Assembly (NCBI GenBank): GCA_002269645.1
Contig: NIVC01000713.1
Location: forward strand, 124,001 to 188,000
Direction: 5' to 3'
Source: Macrostomum lignano
Taxonomy: Eukaryota
DNA: 64,000 nucleotides
Part shown: positions 48,022-64,000 of the stretch, piece after piece
How the letters are laid out: each line of letters starts with the position of its first letter
Numbering within the stretch: position 1 is the stretch's first letter
The notes under the pieces: generated by a model
Databases searched by the model: none
What the model was told of the DNA's origin: nothing
What the model saw: only the letters and a program-made list of their open reading frames with translations
Made by a program: the position numbers and the translations under genes

Positions 48022-49384
48022 TCTTCAAAACATTAAAAATATGAGTGAAAACGTGACAAAAATAAAGACCTTAAGTTACGTCAGACTCGGAGTGTCGAGA
48101 AGGCTCAATGAGTGTACAAACAGCACAGCCGCAAGCCTATCCTTATAGTATCACCTCTTCTTAATCAATTTGCAACTAGAACTTACTTTAGTGGAGCCTA
48201 CGCTATGGATTATGATGACACAGCTGATTCGATCGAAAAAAAGAACTTTTATTTTTAACATTTTTAAACTAAAGAAAAACTAAAAAAGTTCTATGAACAT
48301 AATTTTTTTTCTTTTTAACTAAAACTATGACATTAGATTCAAAATTTGACCCGAAGTATTTGTTTTACTATTGGATGCCGTTACTGCAGATAATTTTTTC
48401 AACTTTTACTATTCCAGGAAAACAGATTTTTTGATATTTAATTGCTTTAGTTCACCTAGCTACAAAATAGATACTAACATTAGTTAGGATTATTAAAGGT
48501 ATATATAGTGACACCTTACTTAGTCTTTGACTCTTTGGACTAAATAGCCAAATGACATATGTTGCCTTCAGCTATAGTCAGGAAGATGGCCTTTTCCCCA
48601 GGAAATTTCTGGTGCAAAGGGGGATTTAATGTACACTACACCAATGTATTCCAACACAATAGTAGGAAGAAAAAATTAAGTGCAATATGATATAGGACAA
48701 AAATTGTGCAATTTGTTTGGCATAGCACAGAAATTGGAATGATGATATTTTCATTGACAGAAAATTAGTGCCTTTTTGTTTGTCAGTATATTGATGTTTT
48801 TCAATTAAAATATATCAATATTGTATTTTTTATACAACAGATTCAAATACAAGTTTTTTATTAGTACTTTTCAAACCAAAAATATTGATAAATTTATTTT
48901 GCTTCTAATATTAAAGTTGACAATTACACTTATACTCTAGTTACATAAGTTACACTTATAAAATTGTTGTAAAAACTGAGATATGTTAATGTGCTTTTTG
49001 ATAAAAATAGTTTTGGCACAGCACAAGCAATTTTTTTTGATAGGATTTGTTTTAGTATAGGTGTGCCATGGTCTTGACTATGGGCCCTTTATGTGCCATA
49101 TAATAGCTATAACTAAGCTGTTAGTTGCATATCTGGCCCGATTGGGATAGGTTATAAGCTATTATTATTATTAGCATTAGTATTAATATTGAACTAGTAT
49201 ATAATAGAATATTTTATAGATTATTAATGATGAGTTGCATTTATTCAAAGTATTTTTCTTACTGTTTTTTTTCTTTTTCTCACTTATTTTTGTACTATAG
49301 TCCAGTGAAATGATATGTTAATGGGTATTGAATTGTTTATAACAAAATACACTTCATTCATGGTATTAAGCAATATTTATATAT

Positions 49385-55705
<6,321 letters not shown>

Positions 55706-56074
55706 GCGAGAGAGAATTTCTGTAATCAATTGTCTGGTTGAGCTCAACAATTTATAAGCATTGCTAGCCATGCAGCCAGTGTTAGGCTAATTGGCTGAGT
55801 CACCGTGTTAATGATGGCTGGCAAAGTTTGAGCTGTTGAAAATTAGGTACTGGAATTAGGTACTGTTATCAATGGTCGCTGGAATTTAGAAGGTAGGTAT
55901 TATGCTTCGTTATGGCTTCTCAACCCTCTGTGCTATAGTTACTATGACAACTAACTGTTCCCGGTTGTCATCCCTCTTTCTGTGAGCTTGTAAATATTTT
56001 TCCAATATTGAGATTCAAACTGGAGATAGCTGGCGATCTGCGTGCAGGATTAGAAATTCAACATGCCAAATCGT

Positions 56075-56702
56075 GAAGGATTGACTAACGTCTATGGCAA
56101 AACCTCATTTGATTCCTCTGTGTGCTGAAGGATTGACTAACGTCTATGGCAAAACCTCATTTGATTCCTCTGTGTGCTGAAGGATTGACTAACGTCTATG
56201 GCAAAACCTCATTTGATTCCTCTGTGTGCTGAAGGATTGACTAACGTCTATGGCAAAACCTCATTTGATTCCTCTGGGTGCTGAAAGATTGACTAACGTC
56301 TATGGCAAAACCTCATTTGATTCCTCTGGGTGCTGAAGGATTGACTAACGTCTATGGCAAAACCTCATTTGATTCCTCTGGGTGCTGAAGGATTGACTAA
56401 CGTCTATGGCAAAACCTCATTTTATTCCTCTGGGTGCTGAAAGATTGACTAACGTCTATGGCAAAACCTCATTTGATTCCTCTGGGTGCTGAAGGATTGA
56501 CTAACGTCTATGGCAAAACCTCATTTGATTCCTCTGGGTGCTAAAGGATTGACTAACGTCTATGGCAAAACCTCATTTTATTCCTCTGTGTGCTGAAGGA
56601 TTGACTAACGTCTATGGCAAAACCTCATTTGATTCCTCTGGGTGCTGAAGGATTGACTAACGTCTATGGCAAAACCTCATTTGATTACTCTGGGTGCTAG
56701 AG
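56075..56702. repeat. 52-bp tandem repeat (GAAGGATTGACTAACGTCTATGGCAAAACCTCATTTGATTCCTCTGGGTGCT)
   Basis: About 12 near-identical units, no spacers. Confidence 0.93.
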
Positions 56703-57889
56703 GAATCTAGCTGGATGCAAGTGGGCAGGATTGGAGGAATCTAGCACGCTGACGAGTGCATCAATGGCTGAAACACGAGTGCGCGTAGAGCACGAGGGTT
56801 TTTGCCATAGACGCACAAGTCAAAGTGCTTGATTCCCATTCTTATTTGATCCAATATGTGTGGCTAAAGTAGACAAGGGTGGAGCTGGGGGTGTGGAGTT
56901 AGACTTGAACCATAGACAAAATATGCACGAGCTAGTCTGAACATTCTTGCACGATGGAAAGAAGATTATGCTTGTAGTCTATGGCTGTTCTGCTAAATAT
57001 AGAAACATTGTGCATTACATTCTTGCACGATTGACATTCCCGCACGGAGTGCACATGTAAATTCAAGGTGCTTTTACCATAGACACTTGCATTTCTGCAC
57101 GCATATGGCGACTTCCAAAGCATCCTTGCACGCTGGATCAAATAAGAATAGTTGGTTGTCTTCTAGCCAGATAAAATAGCCTTGAACAGCTGGCTTAGCC
57201 TGCAGCCTACTGGATGGCAGAGGTGAATCTTAGGAAGAAGGACAAAGAAGAACATTGTTTGTTTGGCTTCTTTATGTCTCTGGCTTGCAATTAATCAATA
57301 TTTGTCGGAGCCTAAATTCTGACATATTTAAAATATTTAATTCCACTGCCCGTTGCCTTCCTTGTCATTTTTGCATTGGCAACTTCAGATACTGCTGCCA
57401 TGTCACAGTAGTATAGTATATGAGTAATTTATGACTTGAAGTTGCAAATAATATGTGGTATACATGTCATCCTGTGTCCTTGCCTTGTTTCGTAGACTGA
57501 ATTGTTAATTTTTAGCAATCCTTCGGTTTTGAACTGTTTTATGCTGCACTATTACAAGGCGATAAGAAAACACTTATTCAGTATGTGCATTCAGCGCCTA
57601 CATTAATATTATATGCACCTTTTTATTATATTTTATCTCCAGATACTACTATATGATTTACAGACCCATTGAATTAGCATCATCCTGTTTTACCGACTCC
57701 AGAATGACTCAGACTGAAAATTATTAAATCAGAAATCAATTTAAGACTGAAGGTTGCAGGAAAACTTGAAAAAACCCTAATCCAGTTCGAGTGCATAGCA
57801 AGCAAGAAAAAAGATGTGGCGCCCCAGACCCCAGCAAGTTTGATAACACAGTTTTGGTCTCCTTTTACTCGCTTGTTTCTGACCTCTGA

Positions 57890-58106
57890 CTTCTCTCCTC
57901 ACTGCTCTCTCATTGGCTGAGCCAGATTTGGCCTGCCCGTAGGCTGAGTTTCGTCCGTCTGACTCTGGCCTCTCTCCTTACTGCTCTCTCATTGGCTGGG
58001 GCTGCCCATTAGGCTGAGTTTCGTCCGTCTGACTCTGACCTCTCTCCTTACTGCTCTCTCATTGGCTGAGCTAGATTGGGCCTGCCCCCTAGACTGAGTT
58101 TCGTCT
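57890..58106. repeat. Three diverged direct repeats (about 60-75 bp) containing CTGCTCTCTCATTGGCTG
   Basis: Shared blocks near 57892, 57971 and 58040. Confidence 0.7.
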
Positions 58107-61100
58107 TATGTCTTGCGTTCACTTTTGTACATCGAGTTAAATGTTTTTTGTTCATTCTTAACCCCATATACACCTCAGGCCGCAAACCCGAGGAAAATAA
58201 GGAATTTTAGCTGCCACATTAAATTTAAGTGACACTGCGCAGAAAAACTACTAAAAAGTAGATGCTCTGCTTTTTCACTACTTTAATTGCGAGTGGCTAA
58301 TCTATTTATTTTAGAATGTGGTTCTCGATAATGTTTTAGTAAAAACGCCTGTAAAAGAGATTGTAAATTGTTTCATTTTATTTTCTGATTGTGTCACTCA
58401 TAAAACAGCTAATATTTAAATGATTAAAAAGTGTTATTATTGAATTTGGATATTGTCAGTGTGTTGACTTTTTGTAGCTCTATGTAATACATGTACACCC
58501 ATATTTCAGTGTATGGAACTGCCTTCTGCCCTTGGCTATTTATTCAATATTACTTACAGTGTCCCTAATCTGTACTTAAACTGCTCTAAAAAATGCCTTA
58601 TATTATATAGTTTAAAATGTTTATTAATAAAGCTCCAAATGTCTTTCATGTGCAAGGATTACATGGCGCTTGTGCCCAGCTCAGCCTGTCTGCGATAAGA
58701 AAATGTCACTAATGTAATAATTTACTTATTTTATGTTTCCTTCCTGACTTATAAATTTTGCCATTCATTGACAGTATTGCCCTTGGATTACATCTAAACA
58801 GTACTAAGAATATATAGTTCTACAATAAAGGTACAATTATAACAATTATGCAGCCGAAAAAGTTTTTGACAAAGTTATTGTTGAGTCACTATAAATTATT
58901 CTAGTTTTAGTAAATTCATTGGAGATCAAAACGTTTTCTCGACAATACCAGATGCATGTCAATATTTTTCATCAGAGGTGCCAAAACTACATGTACATGT
59001 ACTGCAATATGGGGATCAGAACAGTCAGCAGAGCCGCTGTGTGCACCATGTGTTGGCGTGTGGCACGAGTGCGTGCCTGAGTACAGTATTGGCACGCTTG
59101 TATTGCTCAGGAATCAGTGGAATGGCCGCAGAATTGCCTCAGTCCTGCCTCGGGAACGATCTCACCGAAGCCGTTGCGCCAGGGTGCCCACATTTGTTTA
59201 TCTTCCTGCAAATATAATGATATTATATGGCGCAGAATCTATCATTTTGATTTCAAAAACCCAAGCTTCTCGGCCCATCAAGTAAGGGTCTTAACATGCG
59301 TCATAGTGATGAGGACGCACTTTTTCCCAAATCCCGCGCTAGCACATGGGCTCTAAACTTACTTGCCTACTAACAGTGGGCAGTGGGCATTTTTATCCTT
59401 TTTCTGCGAATTTTCATAGAATTTATACTAGATATAATGTCTGGCCATACTAGTAGCCATAATAACATAGGCGCAGCTTTTTGGGTCATAAATCATCGCT
59501 TTCGAAGCTGATCTGACAGCCACCTGCGCCTCACTCAGTGTTGAAGCGGGCGCCAGATGGTCTGAGAGGATGCGGGCGGTAGCTTTTTTCTCATCATTTT
59601 GACAGGCCATCAAGATTTATGAGGTCAGAGCCTATTGTTCGGATTCACTCAAGCGTGTGACAGCTTTGACAGCTATGCGTTTTACCCCTAAAAGTACCTT
59701 GGGATTAGCGATTAGCGATTTCTCTTCATTATCTTCACTTTCTATTTAATAAGAGCTTTCTAATGTATATTTTTTCATTAATTTCTGTCAATCCTACGCG
59801 AAAAGTCATAAATCATTTTGTTGCGATTTTGAGTGATTTATGGCCGCACCTGTCATCTTTTTACGACCCTGTGGGAACTGATAGGATCTCTCGGTCACGT
59901 GATTCTGGGTAGCAACGATGAGCTTAGCCAATCAGAAAATTCGGCGCTCATTTTAACAAAACGGCTCGGCCAATCAGAATCGACGTGTTCCGTTATAACA
60001 AACTGCGGTCCAGTTGGCGGCTATTTAAACCGGAGATTTTGGCCCGCTCGGACGCAACTACTTCTTCTTACTTTGGCTCGGGCCCAGCGCGCAACTTCTG
60101 GTTCCCGGAGCACGACCGTCGTTTCTTGATCCCCGGATTGCAACTTCCCCCATCATCATCAAGGACGAGTCCCCCGGTCGACAGCAGCGAACATCCAGTT
60201 AAGAGCATCACCTGCTAGCTAACAGCGAAGATTGTGACAGCATCATCCCGAGTCTACAGCTGCAGAGCATCGAGCCGATTCGGTCACCGTGGAATACCTG
60301 GTCTCCGGCTGTTGAGTTTCTGATTGGTTGGGTGAGAGGCTACCTAGACTTGCTTGATTGGGTGATCCCTTTTCTGTCCCCTGTTGCAGTAGCTGAATTA
60401 GGCGCACACTTTTGCTCATTTTGTTCAGTAGTGCTGTTGCTGAGGCAGGAATCATTCAATAATACTGCCAGTAGTCTAAGACTCCAATTCAATCTAAAGT
60501 GTGAAGTGAATTAAGGAGAAGGTTAAATCTAACAGTTATCTTTGTCGGCTTTATTTCTTTGTTCGCCGGTGGCTCAGATGAGTAGCTAAGCTAGTAGGCG
60601 CCGGTCACAGTGGACCAATGGCAAGGCAGTTCTCAGTCGACCAATCTAACAAATCAGTGAGCAAAACTGCCAGAAGTGCAGAATCGGCGCCAGAGATGTA
60701 CTTTGTGCACTCTAGGGTAGCCAAGCGGCTCGGGTAAATGAATCATGCGGTCTCTGAAGTTCGAGTTAGCCTATCATCAGCGCTATGAGAGGCTAGTTGG
60801 CGCGTTGAAGGCTAAAAGTACATATCTTCGTATTTAGCAATGTAATAGTACATGTAGCTACCCCATAGACTCGCCACCGCAAGAATCCCCTGCACAAGTC
60901 CCCTCTGTACCTGCATGGCCAACGCGATCTAGTCCCAGCAGTGTCCCTTATCATCGGCTATGACTTCGAGATTGACAGCAAAAAGACACTAGTTGGCAGG
61001 TAAGTGCAAAGCCCCTTCTAGTCGGAAGCCCGATTTCGAGAGTCCCGGTGTGGTGAGCCAGGGCGCACGGGCTGGTGGCAGCAAGTTAGTTGATCTGCGG

Positions 61101-61908
61101 ATTAGCTAATTTCTACTTTAAAAATTCTCCCTGCTCGTCTCTCGCTGTCCCTCTCTTAGCTATAGGACCTAGACTGCTCGCCACACGATCAAGCTACCAT
61201 GGGGCTGACCATCTGACAGGAGTGGGGGGCCAGGTCTCTAATTGATTTATTTCTGAGCCTGAGGCCCGAAGGCTTCCCTAACAAGGAGCCCGAAGGTCGA
61301 AACCCATCAATAGATTCATTTAGTGTAATTTTTACTGAATTACATGCATGTATAATTGCATTTAATTTTGTAATTCGGATTCCGACAAAACCGATGTTAC
61401 AGTATAATATCAGCTATACTAAAAAATATTACTATAGGCTGCCACAAAACATAAATTTGGCTGGACTTTGTGGCTGCACTGCGACATCACTGTTCACCTT
61501 AAATCTTTGTTTCGTCAGCGATAGTTTCAAGAGTTGCAAAAGCTCAAACTCTTAGCAAACGAGTTTTTTACGCCCAATAGAACTAGATGAGAAGTTGTAA
61601 AAAGACTTCCAGTAACTGTAACTCAAACTGATCAGTAAAAAATTGACAGATTCGCCTCATTGGTTCTCGGCAGAGCTGCATTCATATTGATGTGCGGAAT
61701 GCGACAGAGAATGCAATAGCAACTGATGAGGTGAGTTTTACCGCATGCTGTACGCTTTAATCCGCGATTACATGTGAACATGCACTAACCTGCAGCAGCT
61801 ACCGTTCAGAACGCACGGAGTACCGCTAACCAACAAGTATACTCATCACAATAGACCACTACGGATTCTGAAATTATCCGAAATAGCTATCCTTAAAGAT
61901 CGCTGTCT

Positions 61909-62946
61909 ATGGCATCCAGCGATCAGCAGGAGCAGAAGTCGGAGCCCGACTCCCTGATGCGGCGGCTCCGCGAGAAGGCGCTGATCGGCTTCGCCCAGCA
62001 GACCACAGCGCACGGACTTGTGCGCCTGACGCAGGGCTCGGGACTGCGCCGCCTTATCTGGGCTCTGGCCATCCTGGGAGCCTGCGTCGGGTTCTCCCTG
62101 CATCTTGCAGAGCTCACCCAGCGTTACATCAGCTACCCAGTGAACACCGAGTTCTCCAACGAAGGAGCAGACTTCAAATTTCCTACTGTGACCATCTGCC
62201 CGACCAATGAGTTTGCTATGCTTGCGTCAATTTAGAGAGCAACTACTCAATTCCAGGTATGACAGTTTACTATTGTTCTCAGTTTCTGGTCTTAATTTTA
62301 CGTGCTTTATCATGCCTTTCAGGGTATAAAAATGTCTTTGGACGATGATGTTTGACGCCCCGTATATTTACTACGTGCTCAGCCAGAAAGATTGGAACAC
62401 TTCAGTGTCTGAATATCCATACGAATTTTACCCGGACGGAAAGTTTGCACTTCGATTTTTGGCCTATCGCGGATTCAACTTTGCCCGGGCATACGAAGTC
62501 GTGATTTATTGCCGCTACAAGGCTAAGGAATGCACCTACGACAACTTCACTGTGTACAAAGATGAAAAAAAGTGAGCGAAGATAACGTTAACACATGGTT
62601 AGAGGTAGAGGTGCTTCAATCAGCGCATATTTACAGTTCAAGATTAGTGAAATAAGATTGAGATTTAAATTATTCAATTTTATGGCGCTCCAGACTGAAG
62701 ATGTGACTGCAGTATTACTCGTAAATTGACAAACCAACAATTTTCATCTCGTTCAGCACCTCGGAATGGACATAAAATTTTTCAGTTTCTGGTGCTACTC
62801 CTTCAGTCCGTCAAACCGAAGCATCATCAATGTGGGTGAGGGCAGTGGGCTGTACCTGCTGCTCCACCTAAGAGGCGACGCGTTTCTCACTGACGAAGAA
62901 CAAATTGACTACGTGCCCGGCTTCCGGGTGGCTCTGCACGAGAACG
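61909..62946 (+). pseudogene. DEG/ENaC (amiloride-sensitive channel) family, 5' part. Exons about 61909-62256, 62323-62571, 62786-62946; two apparent frameshifts
   Basis: FAQQTTAHGL (HG gating motif), TM1 LIWALAILGACVGF, FPTVTICPTN, VIYCRY..ECTY, GEGSGLYL, PGFRVALHE. The frame breaks after CPTN (TAG 62233-62235) and before MMFD (62345). Downstream exons were not found in the window. Confidence 0.75.
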
Positions 62947-64000
62947 GTGAGAGAGGCTCTCCTATTTAACCTGTATCTGGGCTCCAAAGTCTGCACAGGG
63001 CCGTGGTGCCGTGCAAAAATGCTATCGAAAATTCATACTTCCTAGTATCAGTTGGACTTTGACAGCAAAATTTTATGTCAGGGACTACTAAAACAGGTGC
63101 TTCATACCTTTGTTTCATGACAGTGTTTACTGCATGGGTATTACTCCAGTAGTCCTTTCGGTTTTTTCACGCCTAGATTTCTATTCACTGTTGCACGATC
63201 GGAGGTGTGCGAACCGTTTTAATTGCTGCTGTCATCGATTATTTGTCTCCCAACACGCAAAGCATCTGGTTTTCAATGGTCTCCATTCTGTTTTTCCATT
63301 TATTTGTATGTTGCTATTTAGGATCATTTTAAAATGGCATAGATATTTTGGAATTTTCCTATATACTAAAAATGAGTTGTCTGTGGGTATGCGATAGATT
63401 TCAGAAAAATGGCTCAACCGATTTTCTTCAAACTTGCACCATTTGATCAGAAATTTTCCTGGGACGGTACATGCATCTTGGCTAAGAAATTGCTCAATTT
63501 TAAAGGGATTAAATATTCGAAAAACATGCTTTTTTGCAAAGTTCAAGCAGCTCTTTCGACCTGAAATGCATTGTAAGAATGCTAGAGAAAAAACTGACTG
63601 GCTGAAGTCCGATTGTGATAAAGATTGCATCACAACAAGTTGAAAACAGAGCCAAAGAAATGCACACACGACTTGATTAAAATTGCGTAACCATATTGCT
63701 AACTTAAATTGAGACTGATACTGGCTTACTGAGAAATTGATAATGTCATAAATTTTTACTCCAATTGACTTGCTGTAAGAATTGAATTATAAGGGCCACA
63801 ATTCATGTTCTCCAATTGAAAAGAGATAGCCAGATGCGAACAGACTGGACCGCTAATGTAGCGACCTGGGTTCGGATCTTAGTAGTGCAAAAAGATTTTT
63901 TATTAAAACACCTTAAAAACACGAAACTGCTAAACATAAAAGAAGCGCAATGTCAAACATATAAGTGGCACCACGTCGAACATTAAAAAGCCACCATGTC

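Noticed and set aside
59306-59520. Box C (GTGATGA) as a C/D snoRNA
   Set aside because: No suitably placed box D with a terminal stem, and no recognisable rRNA guide.
61250-61320. Hammerhead-like stem II plus GAAAC (GAGCCCGAAGGTCGAAAC)
   Set aside because: The core reads CTAACAA instead of CTGANGA, and no stem III/NUH partner was found.
61723-61745. CTGATGAG as a hammerhead core
   Set aside because: No GAAA after the stem; better read as an exon end with a GTGAGT donor.
63826-63890. tRNA-like segment (TAGCCAGATG...GGTTCGGATC)
   Set aside because: Boxes are degenerate and no cloverleaf or acceptor stem forms; at most a decayed SINE head.

Overview
Intron-rich animal genomic DNA, not prokaryotic. 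The many long intronic minisatellites suggest a Macrostomum-like flatworm, but that is inference only. The window opens with an apparently intact, full-length non-LTR retrotransposon (minus strand, 263-6018; ORF1 plus APE-RT-RNase H ORF2, LOA/Lian-like) flanked by a perfect 14-bp target-site duplication. The element's first nucleotide is the G1 of a manually folded HDV-like self-cleaving ribozyme (5768-6018). Spliced genes reconstructed from homology and GT/AG phase: TNFAIP8-like (-), TTC30/IFT70 (+), an aminergic-like GPCR (+), TCAIM (-), an aldo-keto reductase (-), MAEA (-), KCTD9 (+), and the 5' part of a frameshifted DEG/ENaC channel (+). Most long introns and several intergenic gaps hold tandem repeats (about 28 arrays), which explain most of the long low-complexity ORFs in the track. 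Also present are two copies of a tRNA-derived SINE and a 64-bp 28S rRNA-like fragment centred on the R2 target site. Splice models and RNA folds were read by eye, and repeat boundaries are approximate.
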